Source: Marsupella aquatica
Lineage: Eukaryota > Plantae > Marchantiophyta
DNA: 64,000 bases
Direction: 5' to 3'
NCBI GenBank assembly: GCA_973895155.1
Contig: OZ316891.1
Coordinates: 23,185,799 to 23,249,798 of the forward strand
This document shows positions 16,115 to 28,153 of the stretch, one piece after another. The first letter of the stretch is position 1; every line of letters starts with the position of its first letter. Made by a program: the position numbers and the translations under genes. Below the pieces are notes generated by a model. The model was given only the letters and a program-made list of their open reading frames with translations, was not told the origin of the DNA and did no database searches.

Positions 16115-19100
16115 TTGAGAGAGTATATCAAAATGGGGTGTGGGTCGCCAAACCATTCCCAGTCCTCAGAGTCATCGTATTCCAGTTGTGTTTCAAGTCG
16201 AAGAGTAACTCGTTCCATAGCGCAGTATCCTCTCAGTCAAGTTGAGCTTCCCTGTCCAAAACCGAGGCTATTGAAAATGGAACATGTTGGTGAGTTTGCC
16301 GTTCAGAATGTCGATGACATTGAGAAATTGGTGGTCGATGTCATTGAAAAGCACGTGATGTCATTTGGAGTTGATGCGAATGGGTTACCAAAGGAGCCTC
16401 CAAGAATTCCTTTATGTTGTCTCGTTCACATGGAGGTTGTGCGCACTCTTCAGAGGAACAGTCAATCGATTGAGAAGCTGAAGGACTCGTTCCGGACATC
16501 TGGATACAATTCGTCCATTGGCATGCGCTTTTTTGTTCAACCATCCAACGCTGAAGGTAATCCTCAGATTTGTACAGATGAAATTCGCGGTACTTGGGAT
16601 CCTCTTTGGATCATGGAGAACGACTTGTTCGAAGCGGAATGTGAATCAGACCCCGCTTTCCACGTCCTCAAGGACAAAATGTTCTATGTTTTTGATGGAA
16701 ATCATCGGTTGTTTTCGTGGACTCAAGTCACAAACGAGAGTCCAGAGAATCCTAAGTATCATCCTCGCGTGCAATGCACAATTTTCAAAGGAGAGAAGGC
16801 ATCAATCATCGAGATTGAGGCAGCGATGCATATTGTTAACCAGTGAGTTTTCTTTCACCACCGACTAGTCTTCTCAAATTTTATTGTTTCCCTTCGACAA
16901 TTTCTCTCTTTTTCAGATTGTATTGTTAGGTTAGCGCCAGGCGCTATTTCTAATGTCCTCAATTGCACAGGACGGGACAGGCAGTGGTAGAGTCTTCTTG
17001 GATTTTGGATGCGGACAGAATTAGGAGGATTTTGGCTCATGATCTGGAGTACTACAAACCCATAATTGATGAGGCAAATTATGCAAAATTCGAGAAGACC
17101 AGGAAAGAAACCCGAAAGGGTTCTTGGTTTACCAAGAAGATGCCGATGGAGGCGTTGGTATACATCTTGTGTGAAAACAAGATCAAATTGTACTCGCAGC
17201 AATTTCAGGTGATGAAGAACCAGGCGAGCAGTTCCGACGCTCCATGGTCGGTCGAAGAGACAAATCTTTGTCACAGTCAGATGATGAAGGAAGCCACTAA
17301 GGAGTGGATTGTGAAAACTCCAAAGCTCACTTCCTTGCTGAGCCCAGAGTTTGAAGATTTCATGGACACTTGTGCTGAGATGTATTGTCTTACAGATCGA
17401 CTCAAACGTGAAAAGGTACCTGAAGCTGTATTCTGCACCATGGATAGAGCTCGCTTGTTCACTGCCAATTTGGCATTAGATCCAAAATTGCAAAGTACAT
17501 TGCTTGTTGCACATTGTACTCCCGAGTTAAGGAAACAGTTTTTCCATCCGCTCGGAGTATCGGACGACCCCGTGAAGTAGTGGTGCCACACCTGGCATGT
17601 TTGGAACACAATTGAGGGGATGGCAACTGCTCTCCTCGAGGCATGTTTGAAGGAGGCTATGGGTTCATGCACCGAACAACGTCTTACAACACTCGGTGGA
17701 GAACTGATTCCCTTTGAGAAGTTGAAGGCTTTGATTGTAGATGATTTTAGAAAGTATGGGGATTCCGTAAGGGCCAAGTTTTTCAACACTATTTGGGAGT
17801 CCAAGTACGCTGACAAGGAGGATTTGAGTGAAGTTAACCGCAAGAGAGCCAAGAGATATTTGTATCGATACTATGTGAAAATGGAGAGGAGTGACCCGGG
17901 CTATTTCTGGGCTTATCCTGGTGCCTTCCAGAAATGGGCCGTTGTGAATATGAGGTCCGAAGTGTCTGGAGACTTTCTTGGGTACACCATGTACCCACCG
18001 GAGGGAAAATTTCCCCCAAGGAAAATGGCAAAGTGGGAGGTTGTGCATTGTCTGTGGTATCTTGACACAGACAAGTGGAATTCACCGTTTGATGAGATAG
18101 AGAAAGATGCTTTTCACAAGTTATCAAAGAATTTGGAGCCCAGAAACATTTTGTCAAAGATGAAGCAGGGAATTGATGCCAAGATTGATCTCTCGGCGAT
18201 AGAGCTCCAACGGATTTGTGAGACGCAAGTCGTCCAAGTTGCAAGGAGTCGAAAACCAAGAGCAAAACCCAAGCAAGAAACAACCCCAAGTGGATCTAAA
18301 AAAGAGACCAAAAAAGTGAGTTCCTAATTTGGTAGCTTCAAATCTTCGTAATTTTCAGTCTTCTATATTGCTAGCGCCAGGAGCTGTTATTAATATAACA
18401 ATTTCTCTAGCAGGATCTCGGAAATCAGATGCGGGGTTGGTGTCGGGTAATGCTTTGACTGCAACTCCGGAGCCTTCTCGTGACAACAGTCTTGGGAAGG
18501 ATGAGGATCGACCAGAGGGGTCGGAGACCCCGAAAGATGTGAGTGCTCCGCCAGTGGATGCCACCAGCACTAGGAAGAAGAAGAAACGTCACGTTTCTAC
18601 TTCCGGTGGGTCTCATAGGGAAACGCTTGCGGCGACTGGTTTACAGAGGAATGTGGGGGACTTCAAGGGAAATAAAACCAGGCACACATTCGTGGAGTCT
18701 ACCTTGGCAGAGTTCTACGATAGTGTGTTTCAAAAGGAAGAGAAGCCATCTTGGGTTTCTCAGGTAGAAACCTGGGGAAAGAATCTTGTGAAGTCGGGTT
18801 CTCGATCAAAGGGGGTTATTAGAGGTGGAAAAGTTAGGACATTTGGTGTGGATGCAGGATTTCTGTATTTGCCTACCGGATTGAGCCATCACTTTTGGAC
18901 AAGAAAGTCCCGAAATGGAATGTGCAAGACCACTCTCTCCCTGGGGCTTTCTTTAGCGCAATGGACCCTTTCCTATCGGACGACGGAGTTCTGGCTATTC
19001 TTCACACTGGAGAATATGACCAGATTTTGGAAGTGATATCTGCATGCTAGCAGTCGCAAAAGTTTGACTGTATTGCATCGTATACAGTTGTCATGGGGTT

Positions 19101-20236
19101 TCCTATGTACAAACCTAAGTCTGACACTCAAGTAATTAATGTCATTCATTTTGGCCAGCGCCAGGCGCTAATCTTGTATCTCTTTAATTTTGGCCAGCGC
19201 CAGGCGCTAATCTGTGTCTTTTTGTTTCATGGTCTTACTATTCTATTGTTTTGTAGATCTTCACGCTGCGGTTGGATATATTCTGTCGGGGTTTGCGAAA
19301 ATCAACAATACCGAAAGATCCCAAGTTCCATCCATTGTTGCCTTCCGAAGATCCTTCAATTACAAATCTGATCGGATTTCCGTCTTTAAAGTTGGATCCA
19401 ATACCAGAACTTGTGGCTTGTGGAAACGGGAGGCTCACAGTTGGTTTTATGCAGTCTGTTATAGAGATCATCTCTTGTCTAGGGGATATTGTGATCGACT
19501 GGACCTGTTGCTCAAGAAGTTCATTCGTGGCGGGAGACTATTGTGGTAGATTTGTTGTTGGGGTGGAAGGGCGAACAGAGTTTGTCACGGCTTCAACGTT
19601 TACCTTAGCTGACCTTTTGGAGCCAAAGTCAGCTTTGACTCCAGAGAAGAGATTGTCAAGGAAAGGGAAAGAGAAGTTGGACAGAGTACGATCAATTTTG
19701 AACTTTGATTCCGAAGAGAGCGAGCCGGATGTTGCTGGGGAATCTGATGAAGAAGAGATTCCAGTTGTCAATCTAGGAGACGATGAGGCAGAGAAAAGAA
19801 ATCCCTCGAGATCAAAAAGTGATTCCGAGGATGAGGAGTCTTCTGAGTAATGCTCGTAAGCTCACTCCAAATGTACGACTGTTTTTAGCAACATATTTTT
19901 GGTAAACTTAGTGTTTGTTTTAATATGGATGAAACTTTCAGGTCAGAGTGGAATACGCGGAGAAGGTTTGAACTCCGGAAAACGATCGCTGAAGCTATGG
20001 AGGTTACACCAGAAAAACCATTTATTCTCCCATCCTATGCTGAGAAAGCCGCCCAAAAAGTAGAGAGGGCTCAGACATTATCTTGGGAAACAAAAGGTCT
20101 GAGACTTAGAAGAGGTTCTGATAGGAAGTTTTTGGTGAACAAATTCGTGGATGACATGTGCCGGAGTGAGTTTGTGAACGACGAGGCGGAGTCGACCAAT
20201 AGATCCGATAGTAGTGAGACAGAGTCATCTGAGTAG
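16115..20236 (+). pseudogene. Copy A: multi-exon protein with ParB/Srx-like N-domain and amino-methyltransferase-like C-domain
   Basis: N-terminus VVRTLQRNSQSIEKLKDSFRTSGY...FYVFDGNHRLFSW; C-terminus VGFMQSVIEIISCLGDIVIDWTCCSRSSFVAGDYCGRFVVGVE. GT-AG introns at ~16844-16970, ~18316-18413 and ~19131-19257. In-frame stop at 17578 plus frameshifts. Confidence 0.7.
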
Positions 20237-21844
20237 ATCAGTTATGAGAACCCCATTTGTATCAATTCCATCGTATATAAATGTTCAGACGTGAACAAAT
20301 ATTTGTAGTCAAGTTGGTATATTATGTTCTCAAGTGAGCTTGGAGAAATATGAAAGTTCAATATTTCACTTTAGCGCCTAGCTTCATGCCAGAGACTATT
20401 GCAAAAATTGAATTCAGAATATTTTTGGGACATGCTCTGGGTGACTCGTATTTGTATAGCGCCTGGAGTTAACCAAATAACCCTAAACTTTCAGAATTTT
20501 CAAGGAACGAAAAAGATTTGGAAATGACTTTGTTTTTGATAGCGCCAGGCGTTAGCCAATAATATGCCTTCCGGAAGTAGTATTACCGTTGAAGTTTTGT
20601 CGGTTAAGTTCATAAATTAATGAACGTTAGCACCCGTTGGGGAAATATTCCCCGTCGGTCCATTCTCATGAGTTGGTTTGGTCGTATGTCCGTTGAATCA
20701 AAAAAACGGAGATACTTTGAGGGGGCATACATTCGAGTAATCCCTCCATACGAAGCTGTTCACATTGTGCTCTTGCGGTTTGGAAAGTATACTCTGCGCT
20801 TGAAGGTTGTTTCTTGCGCTACATGCGTTGAGTAACCCGATCAAAGTAACCATCGATGGACGATATGGAGCGTCCTGGTTTCAATGTCGATAACGTTGTG
20901 CGGCCCCAAAGGAAAGTGCCAGCATCGGAGGAGTAGACCGATCAGACGGTCAACTTTGGGTCATCGACATTGATTGCAGACACCGAAAGTCGCCTGACCG
21001 AGACTTCCGACATAAGGAATCGTCTCCAACTGCCTGCGGACGAGGGTATGAGCCCGGGTGAACGGAACATTCCTTGGCTTCCTGATTCTCCTCCGAGGCC
21101 ATTTCAGTAGAGATTCTCAATTCATTATCCAACTCCCGAACATCCTCCATCGAATGTCTTCTGGGATGTGGAAATTCAGTCTGCTGAATTTCTTGGTCGT
21201 ATCAATTTCTATGATACAAACCTTCCTGAGTCTTCATCGCACCCTTTGCGAAGGCTTCCAAGTGCACGGTACGTTGCAACTCGAACATTTGGCTTTTGAC
21301 AGAAGCCAAAACACAAGAAGGCAGGGCTCATCGACGAATGTGAGTCTTCGTTTGATCCGGGATCATCCTAGGATCATCGTGGTCATGATCTTGGGTAGCG
21401 CCAGGCGCTACTCATTTCATGGAGGAGAACCACATCCGGTTCGTAGTTTGGAATTGGAGGAGGTGAACTTGCTGCTTCATTTTGGGGTTAGGTTAGGCTT
21501 GTGAATGGGTTTTTTCACCGTGGATTGCTCCGTTAGAGTGAGGTTGATTATAGTTTGCAGGGCTCAACGACGGATTTGGGTCTTTCTATGATCCGGCATT
21601 TTGAATAGACTTGTGGTTAGGCTCTTGGGCCTCCCGGAGATACTTGTTTCGCTGATGCGATCTATGATCCGGTGAATAATTTTGAATTGCTGGAGGTGGA
21701 CTTTAGGCTCCTCATTTTGGAATTTTGTATTGTGCTTCATTAGTAGAAGCGACGTGTATACACAATGTTTTCAATTTAGTAAAAATCATTTTGGCTTGAG
21801 TTTTGTTAACTGGTATGATTACGTTTTTTCATTTTGAGTAGCGC

Positions 21845-24800
21845 CTTGCCGAGGGCAGAGATCGGCAAGGCTCAGGTCTACCTGGCAGAAAGGCCAGACC
21901 CAAGCAGGGATTACAACGGGTACCTCCTCAACCAACTGAAGAAGATCTTGAAGGAGGAACAGTAGGTGATCTGCGTGGGAAGCGTGTCCCGGCTTGGCTA
22001 TCACATGCCGCTGTTGTGCCGGTATGCCAAAAGTCAAATCTTTGCCCCAGTACTTCCCCTATTGGCAAGGGCACCGGAGGAGGTTCCAGAGCAGGGGCCG
22101 GCACCAGAGAAGCCCAACCAGCCCGACAGTCCGATGATTGAGTAGGTGTTTCGGACAAGGAAAGAAGACTTGCCGATGCAGCAACCAGGCATGCAAAATC
22201 TGCTGAAATTGCTGAAGGAAAAGAGAACGGTTCCAGCAACGGCAACAGTTCCGGCAATGGCAACGGCAACGGCACCGATACAAGACGCTCCCCCAAAGGT
22301 CGGCCTAAGCTGACTCAGAAGGGAAGACCCCTTTATCGGAGCCAAGGAGAGAAGGAGGCCAGAACACAAGCCGGGAGTGTGAATGTATGTGGGAGCCTCA
22401 AGCCCCGAATCAGAGGCAGAGCAGCCTAAGGCTCCTTCCCGCGCAGAGCAGAGGGAGACGACAGCCTGGAAACCAGAGGAACCAGAGGCCATTTTCACGA
22501 CTGGACCAGGGGAACAAAGGGAGAAGCCGGGAGTCCAAGTAGTGGAGGAGGCGGTGGAGGACTACAACAATGATAACTCTAGCTATGGGTCGGATCATCA
22601 TGTTCCAGGAGTAAGGACCTGTGGCCGATTTATCCCCACGCTTCCAAGAGTAGTTTGAGGGGACCCCACCCAATAGAGTAGCCCCGAGTCTCCCCCACCA
22701 GAGATTGCTCCCCCGAGCTTTGACGGCATAAAGCAGACGGCACAAGAATTTCAGGAGCGACTTAGGGAGGAAGAGAAAGCAGCCCTGGCTAGGGAGAAGG
22801 ATTTACCAGGAGGAGATTGGCCGGAGGACATCAAGCGGCTTGCCAAAAAAAGAAGCAACCCTCTTGCCACCATAGAAGAAATCCGCAAGGCGGCTTGGGA
22901 GCAAAGGCCGCGGTGGTTGATGCCGATGACTTCTAGTTACTCCACCTATGCTAAGGGTAGAGCCATGGAGTACGGGGAGATGTGTGGGGACCTGGCGCTC
23001 AGCATCTTTGGGGAGGAGTTGGAGCAGGGACCCTTTTTCCAGAGGGAGATGTTGGAAAAGCACCGATTAGAAGAAGCGGTGGCTTTGGAGAGAAGCAAGA
23101 AGGACAAGGTCATCCGGCGGCTTAGGGAGAAGGAAGCCAAGGTGGAAGTCCTGTAGGTGGCCAAGAAAGCCCAAGATGAGCTACGGATTAAGCGGCATGA
23201 GCTAAACATCATGCAGGGGCAGTTGGATACCGCTCAGTCTGACAATCAGATTATCAAAGATAAACTGACTCGGACCCAAGGAGAGTTGGCCGGCGCAGTC
23301 AAAGAAAGAGAGAAATGGAAGCGGGAGCGAAGGGATGCAGAGGAGGCCCACTTAGCAACCAACAATTGGGCAATGGTAGAGAACCAGAGAAGGGAGAGGG
23401 CGTTGAAAGGAGAGCTCAAAGATATCCGTGGAGCCCTTGAGCAGAAGGAAGCAGAGTTAGGGAAATCCTATCAAGGGATTATTGCGCTGTAGCAGGAGCT
23501 TGCATCCCTAACGGCCAGCTTCAAGGCTCACCTGCATGAAAAGGACAACCAGCTCGACCAAACTTATGCCAAGATGAATAAGATGGAGTCTGTGGTCGTA
23601 GCAGAGCTCGACAAGGAGCTAAGAGCAACCCAGGAGGAGAGGGCTACCTTAAAGAAAGAATTGGAGGAAGCCAACAAGGAGCTGGAGGAGGCGTGCAAGG
23701 ACCTGGACGAGACCCAGGAGGAGTTGGAGGAAATCACAAGGAAGATGGAGAACCTATAGCGGCGGGCCGACAACCAAACAGAGCGGCTGAAGACACAAGC
23801 CGCAGTATTTAAATGCTTGGCTTCATCAGGTCCAACTCCAATTGGGGGAACCCAGTTACCAAGGGTAGTATTGGCCGCAGGACAAGCCGAAACACTCACC
23901 CCGGTGCCGAAGGTAAGTGGCAAAGGGAAGGAACCGGCTGTCGAAATAGGGAAGAAGAAGAAGCAGAAACCTTCTAGGTCTGGGAGTTATACGGCTTCTC
24001 AAGCCGTTGTGACCGAGAAGATAAACCCGACACCAATCTTTGGCATCGGCACGGCGATGGATCCACCAGTCCTAGGAAGTGGAGATGGCAAGGCTGAGGT
24101 CGGGAGAACCAGTAATGATGTTGATGTACCGGATCCTCCACTAGAACATGTCGGGGAGGCCGTAGTCGTATCGGAGGCCGTGACCAATGCTGAGGCCGAA
24201 GCCAAGGGTGGACCCAGTCAGGCCAATGAAGAGTTGACTCGGTCAAGGGCAGGTAATCTGTCAGAAGATGGACCAACGACAGTGGCTACGGAGGAAGCGT
24301 TGGGGGCGTCCATTGAGAACCAGCCACCGGTGTCATGACGGTGTAAGGGCGCCGTCCCTTTTAGGGAAGGCGGACGTGGAGGTAGGAGGCGTGAGTGAGC
24401 AGGGCGGGCGCTGATCTCCAAGTTTAGACTTAGGATCAGGATCAGGACCAGGAGACGGCCCTGACATTTAGATTAGTGGGATTTTGGATCCACGGGTGAG
24501 GGCAACACTTGTGCTCCTGCCTCGCTGTACATAGGTAGATTATAGTCAGGTAGATTACAGTAGGTAGATTAGGCTTACGCTGCAAGGAATCAGGCGGATC
24601 CACGACCAGGATAAGTACTTGGGCTACGGGGAGTTTAGGGCCTCTTCTTTAGCAAGTTTTTAGTTGCACCAGCAGGGCTGGGATCAAAGTAGTAAGAGAA
24701 GCTCTCGGTTAGTTATACAGTGACCCTTGTGTATATTCATGTTTCCTCATACCTAAGAACTGAATAGAGTTGGCCTCACGGCTTAGTTCGCAGAGCTTGT

Positions 24801-25251
24801 GTATGAGATGTACTGTTTGTATTGCAAGTGCATGGTATAACTAAGTCAGAAGGAGTCATTTTGCTATTTGTGTGTCGCATTAACTTGTGTGAAGAGTGCC
24901 CACATCAACAAGTAGAAGGGAAGTAAGCAAGGGAGTGAGAGTTGGATGTGTCGAGAGGTCTTAGCGGCTTAACCAAACCAATTGGGGATCATTCCGGCGG
25001 CGGAATCCAAACATACCTAACCAACAGGAGGGAAAGACAAGAGAAGGTCTAGATTAGGCCAACTGCGTATCTCATGACCCGATGAAGGATCTATCCAGTA
25101 TATGTGTGTAAAATGTTAATAGGTATAGTAGGAGGTTAGCAGCATCCCATGCCGCTAAGCCGCGGAAATGGCCTCGCCGAGCACGAAACCTGCAGGAATC
25201 GGCTTGTGCGGGGGGGTTTGTTGGGTTTGGGGAGCCATGGGAACCACCACA
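21845..25251 (+). mobile_element. 5'-truncated copy of the TG...CA element (matches 37807-41202)
   Basis: Near-identical to 37807-41202 and ends at the same ...CACCACA terminus, with different flanking DNA on the right. Confidence 0.88.
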
Positions 25252-26121
25252 ATTGTCATCTGAGATATGGATAACTCCAGCAGAACAACCTCCGACAGGG
25301 GTTCCCGAAGTTGTATTATTTGCTATTTCTGGGTCTGCAGAAGTCTCCGAAACATTAACGAAGCAAAATTTAGGATAGAGATTACGCCTTTTTAGTCCTG
25401 AAGGAGAAGCTGTTGTGCGTGACACCTTGTCATGTCTGTGGGAGTCATTCTTGTGGATTACAATTGAAGCTTTCCCTTTCCTCTTCGTGGATGTTGTTTG
25501 GAGATCCCTATGTAATGGAACTGTTCTATAGAATTCATACTTAGCTGAAGACTCAAGCAAAAGATTTGCGGCCTTTTCGTAAGCATCCATGGATCCCATA
25601 GCATCGGCGTTCCTATATGCTAATTCGAAAATGGTTGGCCCTTGGCCTCTATGAACACCTTCACTGTAGGCAGTAAAAGCAGCAATTTGCCCCGCAACAC
25701 GATTCTGGTCCACCTCACATGCTTCAATCAATCCCACTAGTTTCTTCATTTGGCAGGATCTCATGGATGCATGGATTGATTCCGCTCCAGTACAATTTGG
25801 CATCAAGGCTGACTCCATTGCGGTTTGCGTCTGCGAAAAAGTTGTCCCCAGTCAGACCTAATATGCTAGCAAGGTCGCTAGCAAAAACAATGACGTCAAA
25901 TAGAAATGAAATTGGACACTTACAACGCGGATGAAGTTCCCCCATTGCCTCCACCTCACGACCCACCAAGATAACCATCCTTGGAGAGACTTCAATTTCC
26001 CAGCATAGCAGTTTCCTTCCTTCCACCAACGATGGATTTTGTCAGCAACACGGTAGGCCTGAACATATGTTGGTGCTGTTCTCTGCCTTTCCCACAATTT
26101 ATAGTGTGACGCCAATGACAT
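25252..26121 (-). pseudogene. Element B: fragment of a second, divergent MULE-like transposase
   Basis: WWKEGNCYAGKLKSLQGWLSWWVVRWRQWGNFI and PNCTGAESIHAS align with the element A transposase; intron in the same position. Confidence 0.85.
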
Positions 26122-26434
26122 GGTCCTTATTTTGTAATCTGATTAAGTAGGTTGCTGTATGCAAGGAGTAGCTATTGATATTGCATAACAATTAGCAAGA
26201 TGGCAAGAATAAGGGCAATCATGGCGTTAAGAGTAGGGAAATAAAAGCTATGTCGCGGGTGGTCGATGACCATATCTCTTTCAATATATCACCAAATCCA
26301 GATCTGTAAAGAGCATTGGAAAGATCTGGTCAAGGCGAGTAAAATCGATATAAAACACTCGAGAAACGGAGGGGTATTAAGAAAGATACGGCCTGATTAG
26401 TGTGACGGGTTAACTTATGGCCGGAATTAGCGGA

Positions 26435-26840
26435 TTCGGCTTCAGTTTCGGGTTAACCCAAGCTCGACCACGGCTTAGCTTATGTGAGCACGGCTTCAGC
26501 TTAGTTCAGGTCAGCACAGCTTCAGCTTAGCTCAGGTCAGCACAGCTTCAACTTAGCTCACGTCAGCGCGGCTTCAGCTTAGCTCAGTAAACACGGCTTC
26601 AGCTTAGGCTTAACCCGGGTTCGGACTAGATTGATCTCGGGTTAGACTTAACTCGGGTTAGCCTAAACTCGGGCTCAGGTTAGCATAGGTAAGCTCGGGT
26701 TCGGGCTCAGCTTAGGCTAGGTTAGCGGATAGCGGATAGCGGGTAGCGGCCTAACCCGAGACCACGGGTTAGCTCTACTCGGGTTAGATAGGATAGCTAG
26801 GTTAGCCGAACTCGGGTTAGCTATGTAACTCGGGTTAGCG
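26435..26840. repeat. Degenerate minisatellite (~26-bp CGGCTTCAGCTTAGCTCAGGTCAGCA units grading into CGGGTTAGC units)
   Basis: Tandem units are directly visible. Confidence 0.8.
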
Positions 26841-28153
26841 CAGCAGTGAGTACCCTCTCTTGGTTGCGGGGGCATAACTCTCTGTGTATTTGACCAAATC
26901 GGCTATAATTGACCTCGTTGGAAAGAGGAGCTCAAGCCGCTTCCAACGCTGCTATCCACGCAACAAATGGTTGAATAGAGAAATCAGGAGAGGAGGCGCA
27001 AGCTTGCAAAAACCATGGAGGAGGGCCAAATCCAAAGTACATAGCCAATTTGAGATAGAAATAAAGCTGCGAGTTAGGGTTCAGTAGTTAGAGATAGTGG
27101 CGGCTCTGTTAGGGCTGGGATGGGGCTCCAACAACGTAGCATCCACCCATTTGGGCTCAATGAGAGAGTATATAGAGCAACCCCCGGTAGAGGCAAGGGG
27201 GGGGGGGAACTCCAGTTGTGTGATCTCACGTAGACTGAGCAGCAGGGAGGAGCTCTGTGCAAGCAAGGCTGGACTTGGACGCTGCGTGTTGGGGAGAGCT
27301 TGGTGGTGCTATTACTCAGGGAGTAATCAGCCAAGCTTCACAGCAACGGGTTGCTAGGTTTGCAAGCTGGATTGTGGCTCTTTCTAGTGGGCAGCACAAC
27401 TGGGTTCTTTTCCCCCGATACAGAGCCTTGGTGATAGGTGATGTATTGGTGATTGTAAACTGTGGGGAGGATTTCAATTTGATTTGTGGTGAGCACATTA
27501 GGGAGGCTGAGACACTATTTGAGGGGCAGCAGGAGGAGCATTTACAGTTCAGTCTGGCAAGGCTACGTGATCCATGGGGAGTCCCGGCCTTTGTCTGGTA
27601 GAGAGCACTAAGGGATCTATGGCCAGAGCTGAGCTTGCAAGGCAAGCATGAGGCCAGGCCTCATTGCAGTCTGGGGTAGATCGCCGTTAGGCCTGGTACC
27701 AGCTTTGAAGTCGAGTCAACCGTGCATGCATACTTGACATTCTGAAATGGAGGTGTGAGATCTGTACGTGCCCCCGAGAATGAAGTGCAGTGAAGGAGGT
27801 TGAGTTCAGGATTGAGTTTGCAAGGCAAGTACGGGATTGGTTCGAGTCCAATCTGCCGTCGCAATCTGGAGTGAGCCGGGCTCAGGTTCAGGATTGAGCT
27901 TGCATGGCAAGCACGGGGCTTGCAGGGCAAGCATGTCGCAATCTGGAGGAGACAGCCTTCGGGCCTATTTTTTGATCAAGTGTTCTCAGTGAACTATTGT
28001 GCACATCTTTGAATCTAATTGAGTTTTCCTCTCAGGCCTCATTTCTCTCATGGATGTGTGTGTGTGTGAGGCAATCTGAGTGTATGATGGGACTAGCAGC
28101 GCCACTGAGAGGTGTACAGGGTGCATTGAAGCGGGCTGGGTGAGGATTGTCTG

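Larger units (their letters stand above)
10849..21410. repeat. Dispersed 15-bp palindrome TAGCGCC(A/T)GGCGCTA, ~17 exact or degenerate copies
   Basis: Copies start at ~10849, 12864, 12933, 13002, 15195, 15310, 15448, 15561, 15624, 15708, 16932, 18372, 19156, 19195, 20457, 20540 and 21396; another lies at 58433 in the cognate MITE. Confidence 0.92.
10543..21844. mobile_element. Element A: large MULE-like transposon (right end lost) with transposase and ParB-MTase-like cargo
   Basis: Left end GAGGCTTTACACCGTGCCAGGAAA matches the TIR of the MITE at 58288. The palindrome TAGCGCCWGGCGCTA recurs up to the truncation at ~21845. Confidence 0.75.

Noticed and set aside
26870-28150. Short ORFs or a retroelement fragment
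   Set aside because: No recognisable motifs or verifiable boundaries.
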